Positions 26,401-41,200 of a DNA stretch of 64,000 bases are shown here, one piece after another (the stretch's first letter is position 1; the number at the start of each line of letters is the position of its first letter). This DNA is from Cycas panzhihuaensis (Eukaryota; Plantae; Cycadophyta): NCBI GenBank assembly GCA_023213395.1, contig CM041465.1, positions 67,215,741 to 67,279,740 on the forward strand, in the 5' to 3' direction. The notes under the pieces were generated by a model. It was given only the letters and a program-made list of their open reading frames with translations. It was not told the DNA's origin and did no database searches. The translations under genes and the position numbers were made by a program.

Positions 26401-29400
26401 AATCATCACATTCATGGCTTAATCAACATGTATAAATAAAGGAAATTATTCATAAGAGATCCTTGTATAAATTAAACAAAACACACTATTATGAAAACTA
26501 AAGTAAATTGAAGGGAAAGGGAAGGACTTAGGTATACTAATGAGCTTCGAATTAGCAATTTCCCAATATGGTCACTAGAAAGATGTGTGGGAGTTGGGAT
26601 GGCTCAATAACAAACCTAATGGTAAAAACCAAGGGCATGAGGAAGTGTTTACATGGGGTCAAATATGAACTAATACGTTGCTTGTGATGCCCATATACTA
26701 CTTGGGCATAAGTATGATGCTTCATTATGTATGTGTATGGTAGGGGAGTGGCTTAACTATGGTAACACATGAATGTATATATATAGTGCATATCTACAGA
26801 TAACTAATGAACCTATGGTAAGATATGGAGGTACATACATCTAATGTATCTACATGCTTTCCATTTTTAATGCAAATAAGGTTTCTCCCTAACTAATGGT
26901 GTAATGTAGCCCCACGAGTTCAAGGACTCATAACTATGTGATCTCCTCCTTCATTTCAGCCTTCAAATAATGTATGTAATACTTATCATGAAGTGCAATA
27001 GTGTAATGCTATATGCATGAAAAATAGATGAGACTACTTTACTTCTTTCCTTTTTCATTGATTTTGAGGATTTTCCTTTTTCTGTTTCTTTTGTTTTCTT
27101 TTTTGTTTGTCAGAGGGGAATCAAATGAAACAACTAAAATAAAAACTTTTTTTTAAGAGAAAGGAAAGGTAGTCAAATAATAAGAATGCAATTTTTTTTT
27201 CCTTTTCTATTTCATTTTTATTCCTTACTTTTGAGGGAAAAGAGGGGGGGTTAATGCAAAGAAGGCCTAATAAGTTCTTTCTTATTCCCTTCTTGTTATT
27301 AATAAAATCTTTTTTCTATTTTTTCCAAGCCAAAATATTATTAAGGAGGAAAAGAAAATGGCGTACCTAGAATTATTGCAAAATGTTTCCTCAATATCAT
27401 CCTTTCTTGGTGAATTTTAAAAAACAAGCCTATGGTGAAGTTCAAATGAAGAAGGTTTGCATGTATAGAACTTCTAGAGGAAATCCAATAGTATTTCTAC
27501 TTGTAGGATTAACTTATCATAAAAAAATATTTATAAAGACAATTTAAAATTGAGAATAATAAAGATAACCAACATGGGTTGAGCTTAACTTTTAAGTGTC
27601 CTCACTATGAAGAGTTGATATGATGGGCATCTTCATTCACCAATCAGTGGACGAATGACTACTTGATCTTCCAACTTCTACAAATAAGTAGATGCTACAC
27701 CTATAAGATAAGAATTGGCAATGGGAGGAAAATAAAGCCTCAAATTTAGCTCTATATCCCTTAAATATAATGATCTCTCCCAGCTAGACTTGAATGTTAT
27801 CTTTCCCTATAAATTCCTCATAATCCTTTGTTCTCATCCTAATGAAGTGGAGGTTGCTAATGGGTGATGATGCTCTACTTGAGGGCACTCCAATGGTGTT
27901 AGAAGAGTATATCTTCATGTATGCAAGCAATATGAGATAATGTGGATCAAGCATGTTTATTTCTCTTGAAAATTCAATAACATGATGATAATATCTTCAC
28001 TTATCAACTTGATCTTACATTCTAAGACAAAACTAAGAGTATTTATAGATGATGGTGAGGCTAAGGAAGTGGCTTTAAGCCTGCAATATAAGAGAAAATA
28101 AGGAAATAAATCTATGGGATATGCTCATGGATTTAGATAAAAACCATAGGGAAAAGAGGATTTTGGATATGATATGGCCTCTTTGCCCAACCAAAATTGA
28201 TCTATGTTGATTTGCATCTAATGCTAATAACCAAGGATTGATAAGAAGCTATTAATGAGTTGACTATTAGTATTGGGACCACATTTGAGTAGGTAACATT
28301 TATACTATGAAGATATTCATGATACTACAAAATCATTTGTAGTACTATAAAATAATTAGTGGCATTATTGTTATAAATAAAAATTAATACAATCTGATAA
28401 AAATAGGATTGTTCAATAAAAAATACCTCCAATCAAGTCAAAATCCCATCAATGGTGAAGTTTGGGTATGGACGAAGTCAACAAGAAGTAGATAATAATA
28501 AAATAAGGCACAAAAATATATCAAAATGAGACTAAGAGGACCTTGCAAGGGTAGATAACTACCTGTTCTAACCTCAAAACCTAATGGGTGGACTTATGAC
28601 CAATGGCCAAAATCATACTCATTATTAGTTAAAAGTATACATGGCTCACTAAACAAAATAAGCAAGTAAGGAAAAATATATATCTACTATCTAAGTTCAT
28701 GATATAAAAAATTAATGAAATGTAAAGGGACATGAAGCATACCCTCATTTACCTATTTTCTGTAGTATCCATGTTATTCCCAATATCTAGGAAGCAATGA
28801 TAATTTTATTTCCATACAAGTAACACATGCTTGAAAATGTACTAATATATCATGTCAAAATAAAAAGTAGGATAATAAATGTTAGGACTTTTAAATTTTA
28901 GCATCTAGTTATATTGATGATCTATATGACTAACCTCAATTTTATTGGGACTAGGTTAGGTTCGAAAAATATTATCCAGTCAGATTTAATTTATAATATA
29001 TAATAAAAAAAAAAATATTCATATCAAATCTATCCATTTTCGTGATTAGGTTTTTTATGTTTCATCCATGCTCTGCATGGTGACTATTACATAATTATTT
29101 TCTCAAGGCATTTCATGGGGAATAATCTATGATAATCTCTAATAAATCAATAACTATAACAACTCCTTAATCAATCTCATGGTTTATGCATCTATATCAG
29201 GGTGATTGCATGCTCTACTTTGCATATATCTTTTATGAGCTTCCCCTAGTTATCAACATATATCATTTCTCAAGTTGATATATTGTCATGGATGGTATAG
29301 ATATGGTGATCCATTCTACAGGCAATATGGTGCTTCATCAGCAACCCACTCAATTATTCAATACACATGGCATTGTATAAGTGTATGGATTTTATCTCCA

Positions 29401-32400
29401 ATCAAATTCAAGTAACATTTAATATGCCAATCTCCAATAACTCATCTTTATTATCATAGTTATTTGTACATGCATCATTTGGCATGGCAAATCTATACTT
29501 TACTACTTTCATAGGTCTGATAAGGTTATGACTTACTATATATCATCATAGTCTTCTCCTTAGTACTGTGAAGGAAAACTTATTAAAAATATAGGTAAAA
29601 TCATGTATTTCTCTATGAGAATTCACTACATATGATAATTTATCATGGCTTTCCATAGTTCGCAATGCATATCTAATAAATTATTAATATTTACAAATAA
29701 ATTTTAATGGCATCTGAGATCTAAGTTTTTTATCAACTTATTTAATAAGAACCAACCTTTCAAACTCTAATATCATTGTTCTTAATAATTTATTAATGAT
29801 AATAAAACAATGAAACCCTTCTTTAAAATGTAACTTATTTTTCATAAATATCATACTTCTAAACCATAGTTTATTTCTCCTATTATTTCAAAGGATAAAA
29901 TATGATTCTCCATAAACTTTTAAAATGTTTGTTTTGTAAGGTATTTCATATTCAATAAATTTTCTTTACCTCTCAATAGTAAACACTAAAGAAATATCTT
30001 TAAATTAAAGAAAATTCACAAACAAACATGGATAAAACTTTTAACATTAAGATATAGGAGATGCTACCATTATCTAAAATGATGTTTGTAGCCATTTATG
30101 TCTACTACATTAATTTTTCATCATATTTGAATATTGTAGAGGCCTACAAAGGTGAGTTTAAATGACAACATCCTTCTTTATTCGTCATGGTCAGTGAGCT
30201 CAATAAACCTTGCATTCTCATGAATATGCTAGCTACATGCATAATAAATGTCTGTATAAATTCACAATAGGCTTACTTATCAAGAAGGAGATTCCATCTT
30301 ATATTTTACATAAAACCTTCATTATCTTACTCTAAAATCGTGGTCACATGTCATTAGTATATTGTGGTTTTGGCTCACTAAATAAATATGCATACTAGCT
30401 TTATTGTTAGCTTAATACTAGCTCTTATAATATATTCACAGATCATCCTTAGATGATACAGGTCATCACTAAGTGCGTGTGGTCTTCATCTTACCTTATC
30501 AACTATTAACTTATGTCTACTTTTGTTGTACAATTAAAATCAACATCTCATTAGGATCTTCACTTCTTCTTTATACATCGCCTTGGCTCTCATCCTAAGC
30601 TCGAATACTACATTAAAATTTATTATAGAGGATAATGTATTGATGTAATAAAATAAAATATGAGTAAAGCATTCATCAATATAGAATTATAATAAATAAT
30701 AATATAATATAAATATTCATGAAGTATTAAGGATAAATATTCAAGTATAATTAATGGAGTATGCTCACAATATTCATCGTTTCACCAAAATTGTTATACA
30801 TGGCCCAAATTAATGTTTATATTGAATGACTATTATTTACCACAAGTTATTCAATGTTTGGCTTTGATATGTGCATTTGAATGTGTATTTGTTATTTAGG
30901 AGGAATTTGTGATTAGTTTTTTATTCATCATTCCATGGATTAATTATGATTGGATTTGTATTTAGTCCTTTATGTTGTTGCTTTAGACTGTGATACGATG
31001 ACTAAATCATTAGTTATACATAGTGATGATTATTCCCTGCCAATGACTAATACTATGGAGCATGCCTTATTTTTCACCTGATATAAAGTCATGACATTCA
31101 AGTAATTTGTTTATCATTTGGCTTTCTACTTAATGTTACTTTAACTTATCTTAATTGATCTTTCTAGCATGCTTAACCATACTTCTGGCCCAAAGTTTCA
31201 TTGATTCTAGATTTCTTAATTAATGCCTAAATTAAATAATCATTAATAGACTGATTTTTCTAAGAAAAAAATTCATTTTTTCAAGTTTTGTCTATCTCCC
31301 TTTAGTTATATTTTTTGTTAGCCTAAAAATGTAAACTTCTTAATAAAACATAACAAGGTCACACATGGTCAATTTTATTAAGAAGCTTGTGCTTTTCAAC
31401 TTGAACGAAACATGACCAAATGTGACCTAATTAAATCTTATTAAGAAACACATGTTTTTCATTCTCTAAAAAATGCAACTTGCAATTTTCACTGTGTTGT
31501 GTGTAAATTTTTTAAATAGAAATATCAATTTTTATATTTTTCTTAGTCCTTGTCACTTAAATTTATAGGAACTTTTTGCCTTACCTTCTCTACCAACCTC
31601 TAAACCTTACTCATTCATAATTCTTATTAAAAATATGTTAGATCATGTCCAAAAGTCACGGCATGATTTTTTATTTAGATTGATTTGATCATTTAAGAGG
31701 GATAGGGGCAGAAAGACGGTATCCATTAGCTAAAGAGTAGTCTAGTGAGAGTCCTCTTTGCTATGTTTTGATAATTATTTTGTGTGTATTCTTCCTCAAG
31801 TGACCTTTTCCCTTCAAGATTCCCAAGTTCTGTGAGATTTTACAAGTTTTTCCAACACTATTTGATATTTATTCATATGAGACTCTATTAGTTCTACTAT
31901 GAAGGATAACATGATACATTTGCCTTATCTCCTATTTAGTTCTTAGGCTTACTTTCTCATTCATCCATTAAAATCAATATTGTACAACTTCTACTAGTTT
32001 TTCTTATGTTGTTCACCCACTCTACTAATACGTTTACCATCACTTCTATCATCCTTATGGCTTTAAGGACTTGATGGTAAATATTAGGTAGAAACATCAA
32101 GTCATTATGAGGGAAATACTATTGATTTTAATCATCATTGAGGTAATATTATTTGGATTTATTACTAGTTGAGTTTAGTTTAAAAAAGAAATAGTCTAGC
32201 TTTTATTTTTAACTTTTATTATTTTCAAAGTTAAATGATTTGATGGTATGTTTCACTTATTGGAAATGCTTTAGCCCTCTTCTCTATATGATCTTACCAC
32301 TCTAATTCTTTCTTTCTTCCAATTTTTAATAAGTTTCACCCTAAAAAGGGTTGGCATATTGATTTTCAAACTCTTGAGAGAAGGTGGAATTGGAAATTAG

Positions 32401-33999
32401 AAAAAATTATTAAGTAAGCTAGGTTTCTTTTTCCCCCTTATATGTAAAGTTCATTTTTATATTATATACTAGTTGTAGATCATTTTGAGTTGTTTATAGA
32501 GTTGCATGTTAGAGATATTAAATTTTCATCCATTATTATAATACTTATGTTTTGTTTTCACTAGTATTAAGCTATATTCAACATGAGGAGGGATATCAAA
32601 AGAGTGAAACTATTTAATCGCAATGCTTATTACTAGGTATACATCTCTTTTCTTGATTTTGAAATTATTTCAAAAGGTAAAACAAGAAAGAGGAAACAAA
32701 CTAAATTAGCTTTTGTTTTCTACTTACTTGTTTTGATTGCTTTTATTCATTGCACCTATATAAATAATAAAAGAAATGTCTTCACCTTACAAGATTTGGT
32801 TTAATGGGTCCTAGGTTTGAACTTATAATTTAATGATTATTCATCTCTTTACGATTTTATATTCTATTAAGTGGACTTAAACTGATAGAAAAGGAAATAA
32901 TAGAGTACGTAGTAAGATAATTATAAGTACAACTTAGGTACCTAGATCTCGTTTACCTCTTGTGCTCTTGGTTATCTTTACTTGTATGCATGTTGTATTA
33001 TGTTTTTATATAAATAAAAAATATATCCTTATTGTTGCATGTAAGCTTATTTTATTATTAGGCTTAGAACTACTTCACTTTCTTTATGCATACAAATATT
33101 TTTTTAATCTTATATTAACACTATTTCCTTAGTTTAGAATACACTCACAAGTAGGCAAGGACTTCTTCTCAGGAATTGGTTGAAAAGTCTTACTCTTTAG
33201 ACTAGTCACCTTAGTTACCCTATTGTGATTAGCCCAAAGACAAGGAAGCATTTTCTAGTAACCAAATTAGAGAAGTTACCAAAATTTCTTATATACATAG
33301 CTTAGGCCTATAACCTTTACCCAATAAATTTTGACATTTACATTCTAATGGAGATCCCTTTGTACAAGCAACCCAAGATATCTTTGAGGTAGCAAGGCCT
33401 TCCTCTAGAGTATGATTATCAACAAATATATCCTACTCAAGAGGCTTATCCAACTCCTCAAGATTATTCTGAGCACCAACCATATAAAACTTTTTATATC
33501 ATCTTGAGGAATTTAATGACTTATATGTTTGATTATTGATAGCTTTGAGACTGTTAAGGATGGTGTTGTTATAACCCAAGATAGTTATAAGAGTTAGTAA
33601 AATTATTATTTTTAATTATTAGGAGTTGGTTCTCATTATTATTATAGAATACATATTTTATTGGAAGTTGGTTTTATTATTAGGAAGTCAATCTTTTTGG
33701 AGATAATCAAATATGATACATATAAATAGAGAATAATCATTCACTTGTAAATCACTTTTGGTAAGTTAATTCATTTGAGATATTTTGATTATTTTGCTCT
33801 TAAGAGCATATTTTCAAATTTCATATTAACTTCCTTTGTGTTTGGAGAAGTAAATCCAATTTAGGATCACTTGAAGAGGTATAAGAGCATCTTATTTGGC
33901 ATATCAAGGATCTACATTTTTTAGAGTATAAATGAAAGAATTTTTAAAAATTAATTTTGAATTTAAGTCAACCAGGCATGTTCTCTAAATTCAGAGTGG

Positions 34000-34380
34000 T
34001 TACACAACAGGGTTTAGAGCAAAATTATAAATATTACAAGAAAATCAGTTTTGACATAATATTCATCTCTAGTCTACCACCTAGCAACAATGTGCACGAT
34101 GTATCCTATATTTCTTGTTTTAAACTAAAATTGGGAGAAATCAAGATAGTATAGACAAAATTTTCAATACTAGATGAAGAAGGGAAGTTGACCATAAAAC
34201 TTAAAGACATTCTCTAGATTTGGACTAAGTAACTTCAATCCAAGTAGATTCAACAACGTTTGATTAAATGGAAGATCTTGATAAGGAGGAAGCTACATTG
34301 AAACCTAAATAATAGTACTGACAACATTCTCACATCCCCATGCCCTTAAGGAAAAGTAAGTTCTCATCTGGTGGGACTTG
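34000..34380 (+). pseudogene. Chromovirus Gypsy remnant: integrase C-terminus and chromodomain
   Basis: LPPSNNVHDVSYISCFK (cf. LP..S.IH.VFHVS.LK), then LDEEGKL..QRLIKWK, then GGTGGGACT|TGTAG as a possible PPT/LTR junction. Confidence 0.65.
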
Positions 34381-36616
34381 TAGTATTTTTTTTCTTTTAT
34401 TGATATCTTTCTAAGTTTGGCACACTTCTTTTCTTTAGATTTTGGCTAACCTCTTATATAAAAGTCAACTTCTATTTCTTTACCTATATATAGGGCATCT
34501 TGCTCTCATTTAGAAATCAAAATTGAAAGACATTCAATCTATTGTTTTTTGGCCCTAGTTGGAATCCACTTTGAGAGGACATTCAACTTGGAAGATGTGA
34601 CGTCCTAGGCTATCTTATATTTGTAAGATTTTGACTGACTTACGAATAATATTATACAAACATTATTTTCTTTGTGATCAATAATTTTAGTGAATGTTTG
34701 AACTCTATTATTTTATTTGTCATAATATTATATGTTATATTTGATATGCTTTGCAAAACAATTTAGAATTTGTCTATTTCTATTAATTGGTTGTGAATCC
34801 CTGCTAAAATTCCCACAACTTATGTAAGATATTTATGACAATCAAGACAGAGTGGGTTCCGTGTATATGGTATACTTTCCGCTATTGATTGTCAATGGAG
34901 GGTGATTTAGCTGAAATATTAAAAATAATAACTAAATTTCTAGTATTTTCTCCTCCCTATCAACTAAGTGGGGAGAGCATTTCATGACAATCCATATTTT
35001 CATTTCTTGCCATTAAACTCCCTCCTCTTTGTACTAGATGTGGATCTCGGCCTGCATTAGGTGTCGACCTTCAAAGTATCTATCTCCAAAATTCTTTGCT
35101 TTTTGTCATATTCAGCTGGAAATTTGAGGCTGGAAACTTTACACTCTCATGACCTCATATTGGGGGACCAGAGTGGGACAAGCCTTCTTTTGTAGTATTA
35201 TGTGCAAGTTGAATACTTCCAAGTACTTTGCTTCCCTGCTTTAACATCCTCTCGGATATTAGTGCCTGCAATTTTCTATTAGGTGTGTTTCACTGCGTGT
35301 TTGGTTAAAACTATTTTCCATCTAGATCATGGGGATTTTTATTAAATGTAAATGAAATAATCATTGTCGCAAATATTCTTCCATTTATTCACACCTCTTC
35401 TGTCTGATTTTGCGCTTCACGTCCTTCTAAAATCCTTGATGATTCTATGATAGAATCGTCTAGTGCCTGACAGTCTTTCCATCCTTTTCTAATTGCTTTT
35501 TCCTTTCCCCTTAAGAACTCTTTCCTTAACTCGGTTTGATGTCATTTTTCATATTTCTTTCCTTTTCAGCTTATTGTTTGGGCCCACTTCTTTCGTCAGG
35601 TGGTTTCCCAAATTTTGTAGTCCAATCTTCATTTCATCGTTCTGGGTTCTCCCGGTCTGGTGATTTGTTCCCTTATTCTAGATCCCACCACCTCTCGTCC
35701 TTGGATTATTAGCTTCTAATGCTATTCCTGGTGTCCAGTTTGAGCTATGCATATCTTTGTTCATCTAATTTTGTATAGTTTGTCCGTAATACTCCAATCT
35801 GTTTATGTTTGAAATTTGACCCATGTGCTTTCAAACAAGGCCCAACCAATTTTAATGCTAACTACAACAAGATTTATAAGTCTGTTGACATTTGTAATCC
35901 CGTTCTGAATTTGGTTGTGGTTAACAAATCCTCGCTAACAGTCAATGCAGGAGGGCAGCAGGTAAATATGTTAGTTTGCAACATTCAACTCCTTTTTCCT
36001 TTGTTTTTTTCTTTCTTCGAGAATGGGCCACTATTGCATGGGAAATGTTTAGAAGCACAATATTATAGTCGCATAATACATTATACGGGAGATTTTGAAA
36101 AAATTCAAACGATTTGAACTTTGGTAGGAATCAACTTTGTTCACTGGTTAAAGTTGTCTGCCAGTAATCCCTTCCATTTGACTTCCAACGACAGTACTAA
36201 ATTCCTTCGGCCAAATTATTATTCTCGTTATCACTTTTTAAATAGTTTTTTCTTCTGTTAAAGTGGTCTTATTATGCTAATTCGGGATTCACAATGTTTC
36301 CACGGATGCATTAAATACATAACCCTCAGAAGCACAATTGAATCCAACAGGTGCTTTGCGTCAGTATTAGGAGAATTGATGATCAATTTCAGGTGAGTCT
36401 GAGAGCAGCTAGAATATCATCTGAGACACAGTTTAATGTATTGTCCGAACATATCGATAGGCAGGAATGTTGGTCACTTTAATACTTTTCCAAGAGTATG
36501 TGTCCTTTTGAATTATGATAAACATGCATTAACTTTTTCTCTCTCATTTGTGCACAATGTATAATATTTTGAATAATCATTGTGAAGATATTCTGATTTG
36601 CATATGTTTGTGAAGA

Positions 36617-36960
36617 TATCCGATGATGTTGTTGATTGCTCTCATGGAAAGCAGCTTTGGGAGCTTTCCAAGGAGAAGTATGAGCCATTATGGTTAAAGG
36701 GAGTTGGTCATTGCAATTTGGTGCTTTATCTGGAGTACATAAGACATCTGAGAAAATTTATATCAATAGCTAAAAAATCAGCTTTGCCCAGAAACGGTTG
36801 AAGGAGAAATGTTGATCATTCTGCCCCTTCATGAGCACTGACCGGCCAGAGAAATCCACGGCCAGCACAGATAGACCAGAGAAGGCGAGGAGTAGTATCC
36901 AGCATCACAATTCAAATAATGGTATTATCACAATTCAAATAATGGTATTGAGCAACAAGA
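36617..36960 (+). pseudogene. Terminal exon of an ABHD17-like alpha/beta hydrolase (depalmitoylase family), pseudogenic
   Basis: [42 protein letters not shown], then STDRPEK repeats. Premature stops and a 23-bp tandem duplication (36904-36949). Confidence 0.85.
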
Positions 36961-37508
36961 TCATAGAATATCTAATCCCCCCACGTTAGGCCAAGTGTCG
37001 AAGAGCAATTTAACTCGGCATGTTGGCAACGGTTTTCCGAATGTGATGTAAGAAGTTTCAAATCAATGCGTTAACGATATGAGATCAGAACCAAGACTTC
37101 ATGAGTTTTGTTTCAGCGCTGTTTGAGTCATTTCATTTTTTGTATGTAGATGCACTTGCTAATTTAGCTCTCGAAGGTTAAGAATAGGTGGACATTGCAA
37201 TAAGAGCTGCCTGTGTTTCACTTTGACAAGAGTGCATAAGTTTATCTTTTCATTTCTACACTCAAGATGAAGAGTCGCTTTGATTGATTTTACAACTATT
37301 TGAGTTATGACCACAACAATTAGTAGGAGGGAACGGTTCTTGGTGGTAATCATATTAAAAGTTTTTAAGTTTTCAAAGCAATCCTTGTATTTATGTTAGA
37401 TCAATTTAACGTATAAATTTTGTTGTTGCAGTAGTTAAGTATCACGCATATTTGAGGTTGGTACAAAATAATTCTGCTTGTTCCTCGCTAGGTTGGTTAC
37501 AAGACCTC

Positions 37509-38141
37509 TGTTGGATATTGTGACCAATATTTTAGGGTTAAAATTTTGGCATGTTTTCGGTGCAGTTTCCCCCCTTAATCTTTCTCGGGGGGGTTCAAGA
37601 GGGACGGGAGTGATGAGTGCAGGGGGAGTGGAACGCCCCCTGCTAAAAGGGGGTTCGGGGGCGATAGTCCCCGACCCGAAAAATTAGTCCTGTAAACCAT
37701 ATTAAAATGTCAAGAGAATCAGGGTCATTCGATACGAATACCCTAGATTCTATGGTTGAGATTTATGTCTTGGATGTCCCTCTCATGTAGCCTGATTTAA
37801 GACTTTTTCTTATTATGTTGTATGTAATGTAATGTACTGTAAGAGGGCAATGGCTTGTTGTTGTTCTTGAAAGCACTCTGCTACTGAGATGTATTGTTTT
37901 TCTATTCTACAACAATAAAGATCGATACATTTTCTATGTAGATGTTTCCCTAACACACTGTTAAGTTTTTACCACGTTATATTAGGTGCATATGTAATGT
38001 TTGGCTTTCATTTTCATGTTATTGTATAATCTCTGATTTTAGAACTTGCATGTAATTTTAAGTTTCGATTTCTATAACTACTTGCAAGAATACGATAGAT
38101 CTTGGTGGCGGTTAAAGGGTTAGGACCTTATATTCTCAACA
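37509..38141 (+). repeat. Copia 5' LTR (633 bp)
   Basis: TGTTGG...CTCAACA, matches the 3' LTR. Confidence 0.95.
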
Positions 38142-38143
38142 AG

Positions 38144-38156
38144 TGATATTAGAGCC
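38144..38156 (+). other. Primer binding site (tRNA-iMet), two mismatches
   Basis: TGATATTAGAGCC versus canonical TGGTATCAGAGCC. Confidence 0.85.
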
Positions 38157-38212
38157 ACTCTTTTTTTTACAACGAGTTTGTGAAGGTTTTGGTGTCGACT
38201 TTTCTACACCAA

Positions 38213-41200
38213 ATGACGAAATTAGCAGGTGCAAAGTTCGAGGTGGAGAAATTCAATGGGAAGAACAACTTCGAGTTGTGGAAGCTAAAAGCGCATGATG
38301 TTTTTATGCAACAGGGTTTGTACAAAGCCATTGTAGGTAAATCGAAGAAACTCAGAGGGATGGACGATGATGAATGGGACGACTTAGACAAAAAGGCACT
38401 TAGCACAATACGATTGTGTTTGGCAGATAAAGTCTTGTTTGACATCGCAAAGGAGGAGACAGTAGCAGGATTATGGACCCGGTTGGAAGGCCTGTATATG
38501 ACCAAATCAGTAACAAATCAAATCTACCTAAAGAGGCAACTGTAATCGTTACGGATAAAAGAAGGTAAAAAAATTGTTGACCATTTAAATATTTTCAATA
38601 CTCTTATTTGTCAGTTGATGAGTATCGATGCTAAAATTGAGGAGTCCTAGGATAATATTGTCACCTCAATTAGTTTTAGCACTATAAATGTACTGGATTA
38701 TGATTATGTTATGAGTGCTTTGTTAATGGAAGAAATACGGAAGAAGTCTAATATTGAAATCTCCATACCAAAAGCTATGACGACAAGGGGTAGAACGATT
38801 GAGAGAGGACAAAACTCTAGGGATACATCGAAGTCCAAGTCAAAGAGCAAAAAGAGTAAGCTCATATGTTGTCACTGTAATAAGATCGGTCACCTCAAGA
38901 ATGATTGCTACAAAAGAAAGGAGTTCCAGGAAAAGGAAGATCCTGCCAAGGAGGCGAATCAAGCGGAATCAAATCAAGATATGCATGATGATGTCTTAGT
39001 TGTTTGTAATTTTTCTCATTATCACCATGACTGGTTGTTAGATTCAGGTGCTTCACACTATATGTATCTACACAAGAGTTGGTTATTATCATACCAACAT
39101 CTTAATGGTGGTGATGTGCTTATGGAGAATGAAGTTTCATGTAAGACAGTGGGCATCGGTAGCATCAGAATTAAGATGTTCGATGAGGTAGTGAGAACAT
39201 TAACTGAGGTTAGACATATACCTAATCTGAAAAAGAATCTAATTTCCTTGGGTGAACTAGATTCAGGTTGTTATAAGCATACATGTTATGAAGGAGTCTT
39301 AAAGGTGTTAAAAGGCACCTTGGTTGTTATGAAAGCCTTAAAGAATGGAAATCTTTACATTTTAATGGGAAGTACAGATGTCAGCTAAGCAGCTATAGCA
39401 TCAAAGACTGCAAAAGATCTAGCTCAGTTATGGCATCAGAGACTTGGGCACATGAATGAGAGAGTACTTAAAGTGCTGATAAACTGTAAGTTGCTTTTAG
39501 ACTTGGCTTTCTGTAAACATTGTGTTTTTGGAAAGCAGTGTAGACTCAGGTTTAAAGTAGGGAGTCACACTAGTAAAAGCATTTTGGATTACATACATTT
39601 AGATGTATGAGAACTAGCCCCTAAAATATCTTGTGGATGATCATTATATTTTGACACATTTATAGATGATTACTCCAGGAAGGTATGGGTCTATTTTTTG
39701 AAAAGAAAATCTGAAGTATTTAGTGTGTTTAAGCAGTTCAAAGCTCTAGTTGAGAACAACACTAGTAAGATAATCAAATGTTTAAGAACTGACAATAGAG
39801 TTGAGTTCAACTCTTTGGAATTTGAGAACTATTGTAGAGAGCTGGGATCGAAAGATACAAGACCACTAGTTATACTCCGCAACAAAATGGGATTGCTGAG
39901 TGCATGAATAGAACACTCTTGGAAAGAGCAAGAAGTGTGCTAAGTAATGCAGGAGTGGAGTAGGTCTTGTGGGCAGAAGCTATTCAAATAACTTGCTATC
40001 TAATAAATAGGTCACCATCACTTGCAATAGATTGCAAGATTCCTGAAGAGGTATGGATAAGACATTCATGTGATTATTCAAATTTAAAAGTTTTTTGTTG
40101 TGATGCTTATGCCTGGACTGACAAAAGTAAACGTTCAAAGTTAGACCCTAAATCCAAGAGATATATCTTTGTTGGTTATGGTGATAAGGATGGTGTGAAG
40201 GGATACAGGTTGTGGAATCCTAATGCTCACAAAATCACCATTAACAGAGATGTCATATTTGATGAATCTCCCATTGTAAAATTAGATAGTGGAGAAGTTG
40301 AAATGAAACAAGAGCAGCAAGCTGAATATCAACAAGTCAAGTTTGAAATATAGCCATATGTGGAATCAGAAGAGCATGAAAATCTTTCTGAAGATGAATC
40401 AACAGCAGATTCACACGAGTATGTGGACACTCCTCTGCCAGCAGTTAGAAAATTTACACGAGTTAGTCATCCACCTAACAGGTATAACCCTTCTATTTCT
40501 ATTACTTTGGTTTCTAATGATGGTGAGTCCACATGTTATCAGGAAGTAATAGATGATATCCATGGGGAGAAGTAGAAAAGGACTATGCAGAAGAGATAGA
40601 TGCTTTGAAGAAAAATAATTCATGGGACTTGGTAGAACTTCTACATGGAAGAAAGACTATTGGTTGCAGATGGGTTTTCAAAAGGAAAACAAATGTTGAT
40701 AGAAAGGTTGATAAATACAAGGCAAGACTCGTGGCTAAAGGCTTTGTACAGAAAGTAGGTATTGACTTTCATGAGATCCTTTCACCAGTTGTCAAACTTG
40801 TTTCAATTCGAATGTTGTTAGCATTGGTAGCTTCTCTCAATTTGGAGTTGGAGCAGTTAGATATAAAAATAACTTTTCTACATGGAGATTTAGATGAGGA
40901 GATCTATATAGATCAACCATAAGGGTTTCTACAAGATGGCAGGAAAAGACTTGTTTGCAGGCTCAAAAAATCATTATATGGCTTGAAGTAATCACCCAGA
41001 CAGTGGTACAAGAAGTTTGATACCTTCATGGAGAGCTAAAATTTCAAAAGAAGTGAGTATGATCATTATCTTTACTTTAAAGTTATGGATAATGGCTTAT
41101 TCATTATCTTGGTATTATATGTTGATGACATGCTGGTTATAAGTAAGAGCATAGAAGAAATCAATAAGCTAAAGGCTCAATTTGCTAGGGCCTTTGATAT

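Noticed and set aside
27400-33900. Possible DNA-transposon or retroelement remnants, including short inverted motifs at 31320-31460
   Set aside because: No diagnostic protein motif, termini or TSD could be read.
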